DNA of 64,000 nucleotides from Klebsormidium nitens (GCA_000708835.1 DF236975.1:124001-188000), one strand, 5' to 3'. Shown: positions 11,010-23,390, numbered from the stretch's first letter. Numbers and translations are program-made. Notes: generated by a model from the sequence alone, not told the origin.

Positions 11010-14000
11010 AGCGCCCAAAAGAAGAGAGCAATCCCCGTGACTACCCACTTTTGCGACGAGTTAGTTACTGAGTCAGCGTAGTAAAAGAAGGCGACTGCGG
11101 TGGTGGAGAGCGGGAAGACGAAAGCCCACCACGCAAGCGAGAAGGTAATGCGCAGCACCAAGTGTGCGCGCGTGGCCTGCAAGGATGTGCGAAAGCATGA
11201 CGTCAGCTTTCCGTTCGGCACACGCAAGGCGGCGCTCGCGTAATCGGAAGTAACATATTTAAGGGATGTGTGCTGGACAGGTCTGAATGAAGTGGCTAGA
11301 TTCAAGAGGCTGGTTGGCGGGAAGCTCAAGAGTGCAGAACATCTCAATCACTGTAAAGAAGAGTTATGTCAGCCTACAAAAAAGGACGACATACAGACCC
11401 TGTTTTAGGAACCCAAAACACTTGAGTGAACTAATAGGACAAACCATAGGCGTATTCCGCTGATTGCACGTCCTTTCCAGCACCAAGGACCCAGTTGCTC
11501 ATTCACTCAGAGATACTCATTAAGAAAAAGCGGGGTTGGCTTAGTCTACCCGAGTAAAGCACGGCAGGGTCAGCTTAACCCACCAGAACCACGAAAAGCC
11601 CCAATGCGATGAATGCGAACCCTTTGGACAGGCTGTCGAAATGGCCGGGCCCCTGAATCTTTGACCAGGCTGTAGCCGCCATCGCGGGGGGGCTGATGAA
11701 CAGGAGGTATAGCGGGCCGAGGGGGGGAGGGAGGCGCTGCGATTCGCTCGGCCGCATGTAAACGGTGGTGAAAACGACCACCCAGTGAAGAATTCTGCAG
11801 ATATTGTGGACGCGGCTTTCGTTTATCTTCAACCGTTGAGGCGCGGAAAACTTTTTGCGAAATCCAGCGTACGATGGGAAAGACCCACCCGCTACTCTAG
11901 GAAGGAACCCCGGAGCATTTGCAGTTGACGGGACATCACTTTCCACGAAACAAAGCATTGCTTGAGTCTTATCCTCAACCATTGCTCGGGCTTCTTCATG
12001 CTTTTCTTCGGCCTTCTTCGATTGAGTTCGCTTGTAGTCTAGGCCAAAAGAAAAGGATCTGAGCAGGAATCCGGCACCCTTCTGTGGTCTAATGCCATAA
12101 ATTCTCGAATTGATGGACTTCGTGTCTTCAAGCTTTCTGCCCCAACCTTTGATCCAAAAAGAACGACGCAAGGAATGGTCATAGGGCTCTGCTGGAATCC
12201 TACGTTTCCAAATAACAACTCTAATGTTTGACGTGAGCCAGAAACTCGGAAGTTAAGTACCAGCCCAAGTGAGTGCTTCATAGCCTATACGTAAACGGCA
12301 AGAAAGAGCACAAGCCCAAATAAAGTGATTCATTGCCTAAACGTGGACGGTAAAAAAGACGCTTACCCGAACGAAAACATGAAGAGCGCGGGATCGCGCC
12401 ACCCCGCCCCCGCGAAAGCGAGCGCCGATGCGAAGTTGCCAACGTAAGCGATCTGCGCAATTAAGTTGATCAGCCTCGTCTTAGTGGCGCTTAGCAAAGA
12501 CGTTCCAACGTGTCAAAGCTTCACTCTTTGAGCAAAGTTCAGAGCGAGTCGAGAACCGTAGAACAGAAGGTTGACGAGTCTCTCAAGAACGGCGGCCCCC
12601 AACCTGAGTGGCTGCAGTAGCGGTCGCTCCGAGCCTGCCCTCGCACGCATAGATCCATCGACTGTACAGCAGAATCTCCCAGGCCAGAAGGGGGATTGTG
12701 AAGCCAAGCGCGACGCCCCAGTGTATCGTCTTTCCCGGCCCGTAGATGCGGTCGGTGATCTCCCCCGGGGCCCCCAAGCACAGCAGGAGAGCTGCCCACC
12801 AAGGGGCGATCAGAAAGTTGGTGCGGATCGGGCGAAACTCGAGACGAACCGCCTGCGGAGAGGGATCCCTTCGCGTCGTGCTTGGCTCCGAGTCGCGTCA
12901 CTTGAATATCTGCTTCGATTTTCTTGGGGTGAATTATATTGGTGGTCCCAAGAAGCGCTTCTGAGTGATGGTAGTGGATACATATTCCACACGACAGCCC
13001 CGTTCAAGTAAGTTTCTTGAAGTCGACCCAGGTACTTGAATCCCGTAGCTGTTAAAGCAGAAATTGAGCTCGAACATGTTCGGCGCTCTCACTCATGTTC
13101 AACCATATTCGATCCTGTTCGAGACGGTATATAGCTGAGACGACCAGATTTTAAGCAGGCATGTGGCTTGAATTGGCAGAATAGCCGACTTCCTGGCCAA
13201 AAACGGGACGGAAAAGAACTTCTATGTGATCCACATGGATACTATTTGCGGAAAAGATGTTTTAGCTGCTAAAGCTGAATACGAGTCGCACCTGAGGCCA
13301 GATGAGGAACTTAAGGAGGTACGTGACCGACGTGATCGGAAGGAGCACCACTCCGGCGCACCAGATCCCGAGCGGAATTCCGCTGGGGATGTGGAGGAAG
13401 CGAGTCGCCGGAAGGGTTGTGAGCTGCTGCCAAAGCACTGTCTGGCTGCCGATGCCTGAGCACAGGCAGGGACACTATTACAGACGCAATTAGAATCATC
13501 GTTGAGGGTGCTAATACGTTCCAAAAACCTCGGAGATAATTGACTGGAAGCAGGGAGACTACAACAGCAACTGTTTTTTGCTATAGCTATAGAAAGTGTG
13601 AATACTTGCGAGAGGACTATGACATCCCTTGGGGAGCTGCTATTCAAAATCATTGACCGCAGGAACGCACCAATAGAGAGAGCGCAACTGTGAACCGTGA
13701 TGCTCGGCGACCTCCAAGCCCGCTGTGCAGCGGGCCGGTCGCCTCAGTAGCTACCAGGTGGTCAAACCAGTGGCAATCGAGGGGCAATATTTGCAGTGTT
13801 GCAGACGTGGAAGAGGTCTTGTGGGCCAATCAAGTACTTACTAAAGATCGACGAAGATGGACGAACAGTCCGGGATTTCAATTGGCCCTTACCTAGATTC
13901 ATGCCGAAAGCCGTCACGCGGAAGCGCAGCAGGAATGGCATCTTCTTCGGCGGCTGCTTTCGTTCCTGTTCATCACATTCGCTCTATTAGACTGCATCCA

Positions 14001-14507
14001 GACCTTTGTTGAGCGCATTCAACAAAGAAACAAGAAAGGAAGTGAAGAATACTTGTTGCCTGTCCTGTAAGCGTTGGGGTGTGTCCTCAGGAGCCAGCAA
14101 AAGCACACCAGGAAAAGCTTGAGCCTTGTGGGACTGGAGAAGCACAAAAGGGTGACATGGAGCCAGCAGATGCCAGATGAAAAGACCGCCACGAAACTGG
14201 ACAAAGCACATCAAGCAGCCAATACAAAACTTCAGAAGTCTACAGCCTAAATGATATCAATCAGGTTTCTTTCATAGTTGAACCAAAGCAAAAATAGAAC
14301 TGGACCATAGAACTGGAATATGTAAAACCGCAGAGTAAAACAAGCAAAGGAAGTATCGTGTGCTTGCGGGCCCACCTGCGCCAACGTTCCTGTTTGAATG
14401 CTATCTATGTCCAGTGTGCTGGAAACGTGCAGTCCTTTCGTTTCTGCATCATCTGAGCGCTCCTTCTCGGTTGCAGAGTCACCGGTCCTATTGGCTCGGA
14501 TTCCCAT
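10988..14507 (-). CDS. SLAC1/SLAH: SLAC1/SLAH-family S-type anion channel, paralog A (~367 aa; C-terminally truncated in TM10, possible pseudogene)
   Basis: Exons 14507-14376, 13965-13893, 13455-13292, 12852-12604, 12452-12367, 11794-11584, 11176-10988, all phase-consistent. Motifs MPFLLRF, LGIGSQ, PIRTNFLIAPW, VGNF and FSLAWWAFVFP match the SLAC1 domain. The last codons and the stop come from the telomeric repeat. Confidence 0.9.
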
Positions 14508-15791
14508 TCTGGACGTCTTTGCTCACATACCAATCTTCCTCTCCTTGTCCGCAAATGTAAGCGCTACAAAGTAAGTTACAAAATACCCATCAAGCATTCA
14601 GGCCGCCGCGCATATGCATTCATGGAAGCGCGCAGGATGCTTCTCGAACACCGCTGCAAAGGTCCTGTTTCCGTATCTAGAAGGTATACAGTGCACTCTC
14701 GCAACAGCACAAACGGTTGGTTGCTCGTCTCATCGTCCTTCTTTCAAGTCATGCACGCTGTCACTGCGCTCCTCCGACAAAGCATGAGAAACCCACCATG
14801 ACTTGTAGGCATGTGCGGTTACTGATTTGCAGAGTTCGATTTGAATCTCACGCCCTTTCGATCAGCGTTAGGAATGGCCATCAATGCAACTAGAGCACAT
14901 AAGCTTACCATTCGTAGTACTTAAACACGCAAGGACCGGAGCTGTTGCATCCCCTGGCGCCATGGCGGCTCGCAATCGAGAAGCATGCATCTTCCAGCTC
15001 AACGAGTTTGCATGGCCGCTGGTGCACGGGGCGCTCGTGCGCGGCCGCGTTCTTCCGTACAGCGCGCGCGCGCGCGCCGAGCCATGCAGCTAGCTAGCCG
15101 ACTGGCGGTAGCGGCGCGGCCTGCACGCGAGCAACAAATGAAGCCGCGTCAGATCATGCACGCCCAATTGAGGAAAGCGTGCGCGCGCGTGCGTGCGCTG
15201 TTACATGCTTTTATAGAGCACCAATTAACTTTCTTACGTGATGTGGTCAGTATATCGTATAAGGACCATACGGTAGTAGTGTGGGAAGTTCACTGCACGT
15301 GACTGTACGACCTCGCATCTTTACTTCAAAAGTAGGCAATGACCTGCCCTTAGAAGTGACAACAGCCTCGTCTTCAGTTCTGCTAGATCCGGCCTGCCAT
15401 TTCTCACGAAAGGTTCACAGGGCGAGACTGCAATTTCCCAGATCGTTTTCTTGAGCTTATAGGAGTGGCGTCTAAATATGGCTGCAGTAATGTCATAGAT
15501 CATCGGAAAATACCATCATATTGCACATGCCGTTATAAGAAGGTTCGTGTCACTAGCACGGCGTCACCCATTTTGAGCAACCCGCAAATGAACCAGTCTT
15601 TTCGTTCTGCTCAATGCCGTCTAGCTCAATATTGTACATTTGCATCCACGATCAACTCGTTTTTCCTGGACTTCAACTCGTGTGCTCAAGTTCGCAGTCC
15701 TAGCTCGCGCATGATCTCATCTACAATACTCTTCCAAAAAGCTCTTGCACAGATAAACATTCTAAAAGCTAACCCGTTTTGAGACCCTGCT

Positions 15792-17046
15792 TCATTGTTC
15801 CTCCTCTAGAAGCGACTCAGTAACCTCATCGTCCGGGAACAAAGTCCCTATGCAGAGTTTCCCAAGGCTCACGCACGAGCTAACCAGAAACGCCGCAACT
15901 GACGTCGCCCAAAAGAAGAGCGCCAGCGCGCGCACGACCCATCGTTGCCACGTGTCCGGCATAGCGTCCGCATACAACATGAAACTGACGGCGACCGCCG
16001 CTGTTGGAAACACGAAGCCCCACCAGGCGAAGGAAAACGTCCAATGGAACATGATCTTCCCCCGGGCAGCCTGCAAGGGTTTACGATTTTAGGGCTTCAG
16101 GGTTTTGGGGTTTTGTTGAAGGGAAGGACACGTCATAAATTACAAGGCATACTGGAAGACGCCAACCCTTTCGTACATGATACCAGGGAGAGGTGATTCT
16201 GCCGTTCCGGCTGTCAGCACTTTCTCGTACCTTTCACGAGGGGTAAGCATTCGTGGACGAATGAACCCAAGTCCTTCCATTAGCTTTTCTTTCGACTTTA
16301 ATCGTGTTTTTTGATATGAACGATGGATCAGCTCAACTTCAGTCAGAACAACTCGTGCAACACTACGAAACAACAAGCGAGTAAACCGAACCTTCCGACG
16401 CAGGGCTTCAAGGTTGCCGCCGGTTGCTGAAACCACAAGCAGGTCTAACAGCAAGACCGAGGGCCACAGACTGAGCTTAATCTACAAGAATGTGGTCTTA
16501 TCCACCAAAATGAAACAGAGACCCAGCCCCGCAACGTCGAACTCTTTGAACAGGCTATCCATTCATGGAGCGGCCAGGCCTCTAGATCGAAGATGTCTCA
16601 ATAGCAACAAGCATCTAACCAAAAAATATGAACGCAATATCTCACCAGCACGAGCAACAAACCGAGCGCCGCGAACGTGAACCCTTTCGACAGGCTATTG
16701 AAGCGGCCAGGCCTCTGGATCGAAGCATTTTATACAGCCAAAAACAGCTAACCCAAAAATAAGGAGCGTTAACCCACCAGAACGAGAAACAAACCGAGCG
16801 ACGCGAACGTGAACCCTTTCGACAGGCGGTCAAACTCGCCGGGCCCCTGAATCTCCGCCCAGGCGGTTGCCACTACCGCCGGGGGGGCGATTAGCAGGAA
16901 GTAGAGCGGGGTGAGTGGCCGGGGGAGTTCCTGGGTTTTACCGGGACGCATGTACAGGGTGTTGAAAACGACGAGCCAATGGATGAGCCTGCGAGAAGAG
17001 GCGCGGAGATTGTTAGCGCCGGGTGAAGGAAGTGGCTTCTGGTCAC

Positions 17047-17086
<40 letters not shown>

Positions 17087-20000
17087 ATCATTTAGTATGT
17101 ATAGAGCTTGTACTTCATTGACTGTGTAAGACGTCTCGTTTCTAATATCACCGCGCGAAAGCAAAGCCTTTGTCCGAACCAGATCCGAATTGAAAGTGCG
17201 GTTCAGATCAAACTCAAACAGGTTCAAATCTAATTCGGACCCGCTTCAAGTATCGTCTTCCGACGATGTGCAGAATACAAACTGGTTTTCTTCGATCCGG
17301 CGAAGCTTTGAAGAAAGCGATCCAAGTGAAAGGGGGAGACGATAAGCTTACCCGACTGACAACATGAAGAGCGCTGGATCTGGCCAACCTGCGCGCGCAA
17401 ACGCGATCGCGGATATGAAGTTGCCTTTAAGCGCAATCTGCGATGATCACGATCAGAAGCGTAAAAACAAAATTCTCCAGTGAAGTTTCAGGAAAGACCG
17501 GTTTCGCAGTCCTTGCTTATCTCGGAATGCTGAAAGACAGCGGAAATCATACGCTCGGCCAGACACGAAGTCTAAATGTGCAGATTCAAACCCCGACGTC
17601 CGTCATAACACGTCTTTACCAAGCCTAAGGATGCAGAATCAACGTCCAAATTTTGTGAATCAGGCGTGAACATGTCTTTTCCAGCCGCTCTCGTCTCGTA
17701 CTCTTCAGTCGCAAACAAGAGCTTGAGGGTTGGTCTTTTGACAAACATCATCAAGCGGACCAGTTACTAAGACTCCCAGACGCAATAAGCTAAAGAATGA
17801 ACGAATTGGACATATATAGACATCCCAAACCGATAATCCGGTCACCTGACAAGCTGGATTCGCGGTTGTGGTCAGCCTATCCTCATAGCCATAAATCCAA
17901 TGGCTGTAACGCATAATCATCTCCGACGCGAGCAGGGGTATTGAGAAGGCGAGCGCGGCGCCCCAGTGGATCGATTTCCCCTCCCCGTAGATGCGGTCGG
18001 TGATCTCCCCCGGGGCCCCCAAGCACAGCAGAAGAGCCGCCCACCAAGGGGCGATCAGGAAGTTGGTGCGGATCGGGTGTTGGAACTCCCGGCGCACAGC
18101 CTGAAAAGAAGCGTCGCAGCGAGGGGAGTCCAGGTCTGGCCGTGGAAGAACTAAAAACTTGGCACCGGATTCGTCATCGGGACCGAAAATGAGTTTACCC
18201 TTGTTTGTATCTCCTTTTCTTACCCCACCTGTTCAACGATTCAAAGACCACAAGAGGAAGGACCGGGGGGGCCTCGGGGGGCACTAGCCCCGCCTGAATC
18301 TAGGTGTGAAAGGAAGAGCGGTGACTCGCACCGGGCAGTAAGTCCTCTCAAATTTAGAACCCGTTTTAGCCCAGCGCAGGGACGTCTCGGTGCAAATCTT
18401 GAAGACGGTTCTTCATCACTCCTTGCAGACTTTGACAAATGGGTTCGCGACCCCCGTCAATGGTTGCCGGCAGATGAGCGCCTCTGATTGGTGAGAGAAA
18501 GAGCTGCGCAATCGAAGTCGGGGCGGAAACGCTGGTGATATGACAAGGAGCGAAAGTGGTCGGCATTCTCAACCCGGCCAGGGGAAAACAGAGTGCTCAG
18601 GAATACAGACTTATTCAAAACTCTGCTCGGTCAGCTCGGGAGAAAGAACGGCGTTCCCTGCATGTTGCAACGACCAACGAGACAAATTTACTTACAACAC
18701 GTAACAGTCACCTGAACATGCACAAGAAAGCCCTACAAAAGCCACCCTGAGACTAGTAGGACCCCCTTCCCTGTTGAAGCAGCGGCAACAAAGCGGTGTT
18801 GATCACTTTGGCCCGTTTCGACAAGGTCAGAGAGGGGGAGACATCAGCAGATATCAAGAGAGTCCCGAACCCAAACACCCCGGCTCCTTTGAATGAATCC
18901 GCATCGAACGAAAGCGCCGTCGCAACACGTGTTTCAGCCGTTGCCAAATCGCACATGACCATCGAAATGCTAGCTGTGCTTACCTTGGGCCAGACGAGGA
19001 GCTTGAGCAGGTACGTGACTGGTATGACGAAGAGGAGCAGCACTCCCACGCACCAGACGGCGAGCGATATTCCGCTGGGGATTTGCAGGAAGCGCATCGC
19101 GGGGCTGGCCCCGATCTGCTGCCACAACAGCGCCTGGCTGCCGATGCCTAAAGAAGACGTAATTCCGGGGGTGGTGAAACAGGTTGCAACGGAGGGCTTT
19201 GAACGAGTCGAAGTAGGACGACAATGCTGGAAACGCGAATAGATGGAGGAACGAGAGCGGAAAGGGGAAAGGAAACGAGCGAAAAAGTAGGGTAACGAAT
19301 GTTCTAAAGATTTCGTAAGGAATTGCCTTCCGAGCAGCTTGAGACTTGCCTGTATGAGCTGCAGAGACGCTTCTAAAAGCGAAGGGAAGCCTGAACGATA
19401 CGACATTCGATCAGAGGATATGGCGTATATAGATTCAATCGAAATGAGAAAACCTCTGAAGCGGCAGAGAAACGTCTTTCAAGTAGAACGTCTGAACGAG
19501 AGTCCGTGAACCATTCTGCCTCAGATGCTGATAATGACGCACGCACACAAGACGTTCTACAGGCTTAAATCCATTATTTTAGAAGGAGCTCACAAGAGAA
19601 CGGCCGAGCCAAATAGTGTCGGAGTGCAGAAAAAGGATGCAGAGCGCCTACAAGGGATCTGCCCCACAGACGAGATTTTAGGCGGATGACAGAATGCATA
19701 TAAACCATTAGCTGCAGCTTCCTAGCTTGACAGTGTCCGCAATATGGAAACACGGACACAGAGAAGGGCATTCCAATTGTGCATTGAAAGACCATTTCTT
19801 GCAGAGTAATTGCTTTCATAACATATACATTTTTACCCCTGATTGATGGTACACCATGTTCTGGAACAGGAACTTTAAAGGATCCCAAAAGCACCACCCG
19901 AGCTTCATTGTGAGCAGACTTCTCAGCGCGTTAACCCACCAAGGACCGAGACCTTGCATAGTGATGCAAGATGATAGGCGTTAACGCAACCACTCACCCA

Positions 20001-20694
20001 AATTGATACCAAAGACTGTGGCCTTGAATCTGAGCAAGAACGGCGTCTTGAACTTTACCGATCGGTTCCCCTGCAAACTCTTCTGCAAAGCACAAACGTG
20101 TTAACGCGCTTCTGCAAAGCACGACTCTGCCTGCCACTTGAAAACGAGGGCCAAGAATCCTCAAGTCATGAGAATAGGCGGTTTTCAACCGGGTCTCCCA
20201 GGATGCCTCCACAGAAAACTTCACATTGTCAGTCAACCACTGCTCAGTAAGGGGTCAGTCCTAGTTGCTGCAATCATAACTACTGCGCATTGAAACTATT
20301 GAACCGGAAGTAGGATCTACATACTTCAGCCATGCATAGACTCTCGCAAATTGTTCCTTGGTATGAGCCCTGCTGTGACTTGCTGAGCGCCAATCGCAGA
20401 CTCCTAAACTGAGGATGGCGCACAGAGGGTGTCACTTTTACAATGCAAGAACAGCATCTGGCTAAAGACCTCCGTACCGCAAACATGGGCCAAAGTGGCC
20501 ATTTCATCCTGAAGATCTCATTTCAAAAGATGATGACCTGATGATGGCTCATGAGAGGCGCACTTTCGATTCTATAACCCACGCGCCTGATTGCTCTCCA
20601 GGTCCTTCTCAATGGGCACACTCCCCTCCCCATCACTTGTCCACCGGCCCCCCTCCGTTGCACTTCCAATGGAAGTCTCTCTTTCAGTCGTCAT
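15792..20694 (-). CDS. SLAC1/SLAH: SLAC1/SLAH-family S-type anion channel, paralog B (~391 aa, apparently intact)
   Basis: Exons 20694-20587 (tentative, needs a GC donor), 20070-19998, 19147-18984, 18100-17846, 17437-17352, 16988-16778, 16070-15792. Intron positions and phases are identical to paralog A. Motifs TPFLLRF, EFQHPIRTNF, TANP, FSFAWWGFVFP and TLFPDD. Confidence 0.92.
16500..16830 (-). repeat. Tandem 132-140 bp duplications of the SLAC-B exon 6 3' end plus donor site
   Basis: The true exon end at 16778 is followed by copies ending at 16646 and 16506. Each copy has an SKGF..GL-like segment followed by a GT donor. Confidence 0.85.
17051..17084. repeat. (AT)17 microsatellite in a SLAC-B intron
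   Basis: Read directly. Confidence 0.98.
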
Positions 20695-21499
20695 CGCTGC
20701 AGCTCCTCCTTTCCCGGGACCTTTACGCTCTTCAGTTTCTCCCCTTTCTGTATACAATCTCTGAAGTGACCTCGATTGTAGACATCAGGTGGGTCAGCTC
20801 AGTAGGATTTTGGCTCTGCTTGAGTGTTCAGCTCAGAAAGTAGGTGCAGTTTGAGAGTCACTAGCTGCAGACTCCACCAGTGCGCTCCACATTGCAGCCT
20901 TCGTGGGCAGTTCTTTGTTCCGCAACAACCTACTCCAGGTGTTGCAATCTGGCCCTCCGTTTGTTTTTGTTTCTGTTGAATATCAGATTCGCGCTCCCGG
21001 CCTGTGCGCCAGTTCAGGCAGTGGTTCACAACCCCAGCTTAGCTGCTTTTCCAGAACTCTGCTTCGCCGGACGCCTCGACACTAGATGAGCGCATTGATT
21101 AGACATCAACGAGTACAATGTACCTATACACTGTACAGTAAACATATATCCCGGATTGCGGGGAGTGTGCTGGCTGCATTCAATGCAGGGGCGTTTGGAG
21201 CAGTCCCAGTCTCAGTCCTTTCTTCTATCGCCAAAGTGTCTTGATTCAGAATGAGTACAGCTGGAAGCAAGACACTCAACACGAGATCCTGCCACGATCT
21301 TCCACTCTGAAGAATCGAGTATAATAGAAGCCTCAGAAGTACCTATGTGAAAAGGGTGTGAACACCAAAGCCTAAGGAAGAGACCTGGGGGAGTGCACGC
21401 TACAGGTCACTGCCACCTGGCACCGCATTAGCGCTCGATGTCACGGTGTTGCAAATTTATCGACGGTGACGGTTGACCGTGACTGTCGTTCGTGCGGCA

Positions 21500-21678
21500 G
21501 CGCCCGGGGGACATGTAGGATAGGTACTGGCAACCTTCGCTTGTGAATGAAGAGTCGCTTGAACTTAGATCTGAGTACCCCGGGCACACAAACTATAAAA
21601 CCTAACCCAAACATTTACGCGCTCCGCACCCGAACCCACCCTAACCACCAAAACCAACCCCACCCGTCCCCCGGGCGC
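21500..21678. mobile_element. MITE-like element with 13-bp terminal inverted repeats GCGCCCGGGGGAC / GTCCCCCGGGCGC
   Basis: Perfect inverted repeat at 21500-21512 and 21666-21678. The right half is homologous to ~30700-30750 and to 63670-63773 (reverse). No target-site duplication identified. Confidence 0.55.
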
Positions 21679-21739
21679 CTAGTTTCCGTCAGTTCAAGCG
21701 AACGTGGCCAAACTAGGTATAGTTATACTTGGGATAGTT

Positions 21740-21969
21740 NNNNNNNNNNNNNNNNNNNNNNNNNNNNNNNNNNNNNNNNNNNNNNNNNNNNNNNNNNNNN
21801 NNNNNNNNNNNNNNNNNNNNNNNNNNNNNNNNNNNNNNNNNNNNNNNNNNNNNNNNNNNNNNNNNNNNNNNNNNNNNNNNNNNNNNNNNNNNNNNNNNNN
21901 NNNNNNNNNNNNNNNNNNNNNNNNNNNNNNNNNNNNNNNNNNNNNNNNNNNNNNNNNNNNNNNNNNNNN
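21740..21969. other. Assembly gap (230 N)
   Basis: Run of N. Confidence 1.
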
Positions 21970-22120
21970 AGTCTGCGTCATTCTATAGGTCAGGAGAACC
22001 AACAGAGGGTTGCTAGCTTTGTTAGAGAGGCGTTTAGGACTCGAGACTACATTCAGACCTTGTCTCATGAGCCACCCATGGCTCCTACGGGACTATAAAA
22101 TAAATTGATTGATTGATTGA
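21970..22120 (+). mobile_element. 3' end of a second RTE/RTEX-like LINE with stem-loop and (TTGA)n tail
   Basis: The frame SLRHSIGQENQQRVASFVREAFRTR resembles the extreme C-terminus of the 8.3-10.5 kb LINE. Hairpin GAGCCA-CCCA-TGGCTC at 22069-22084, then aaaataaattgattgattgattga. Confidence 0.65.
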
Positions 22121-23390
22121 GGTACATGAAGGCACCAGGCTTTCATGCAGCTCGGCAAGGGCGCGCGGCCGGGCGGCGCAAGTGAAAGTACTAGGTGCGG
22201 CCGCGTGAAGCGCTTCGCGTAGATCGACGGTCAGCATGAACACGAGTCTGCGGACTTTGAAAGCAGTTGGGGACGTTTCAGCTTGGCTGGCAGCCAGACA
22301 AGCCTGTCCAGCGTCCAGAGCAGTCTGGAGTGCTTCAAGTCCCCCCCGGGCTCGAAAAGACTAGTGCCTGGCTCTGGCAGGCCGCGCCGTAGCACGCTTT
22401 GAAACCGTCCATTTCCGCCGCTGCAGATAATCGACCGTCAAGGCCAGCTCGCAAACCTGAATGTACCGAATTCAGGGGGGTTGGAGGACGGGGGATTACG
22501 CGCTTCTGCTCATCGAAATTGCAGCACGGGCAGGAGCGGCATCTGCTGCTTTCTCTACAGGCTCTAGAGTTTTAAGTGGAAGAGAGCTTGGCAGCTGCTG
22601 CGTTGCTGGAGGCGAGCTTTTGATCAAGCGGTGCAGCAATATCTGCTGGCAGCTTGCCGCAATTGGATAAAGCTCTCGGTGGTAAGCTGTGTCCTTTGCT
22701 TTTCAGCAACAGTCTGCGGCTCTTGTCAATTAAATGGCAATGCTGACACTTGGAGTTGTTTCAATTGTTGCAAGTGGACGCTCATGTTCATTGCAACTGA
22801 TTCTGCCGTGCAACTGACGTGTTTTTCACCAGATTTCGAGTCCCCTGCCTACCTCTCAGTAGTCGGAAGTCGTTGGTCGAACACCTGCTTGCCTAGGCCA
22901 GCATGCATTAGCTCTCTGCATGGAGAATGCTGTTTGACTGTTGGCTGGTTTGGTAGATTAAGCAAGAGCGGTCTGCCCTTGATCAGGCTCTGTGGGCTTA
23001 TACAAATTGACCGCCGTTGTTCCTAGATGTCTTCTTTTGGAAGATGGCCCATCTAGCATGGGCGTGAGCACATTTTCTGCAGAAGTGATGATACTGAAAT
23101 CGGCATTGCAAACGGTGACTTTTGACATAAGCTAAAGGTTCTGGTTGACGCACTAGCTATGGCCTCCGGCTTTGACCACCATGAAGCCCGCTTCAAAAAG
23201 GGGGCGCTAGACATGATGTGATTCTTTTTTTTGAGATAGGCACAGAAAACATGCAGCGCCCGTACGCAAGGGCGCTGGTCAGCACGCCGGACATATGCTA
23301 CCCCTCTGCCATACATTGGTTGACGCTGATTGCCCCAGGCAGTTTGTACGTGCATTTGACTTCTTCAATAATACTGCAGATCACCCAATC

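Noticed and set aside
19920-21030. Third degenerate SLAC paralog
   Set aside because: The SLAC-like sequence at 19998-20070 is the genuine second exon of paralog B, and the remaining similarity is only short donor-site matches.
21547-22098. 183-aa and other ORFs spanning 21.5-22.1 kb
   Set aside because: Artefacts of translating through the N gap.
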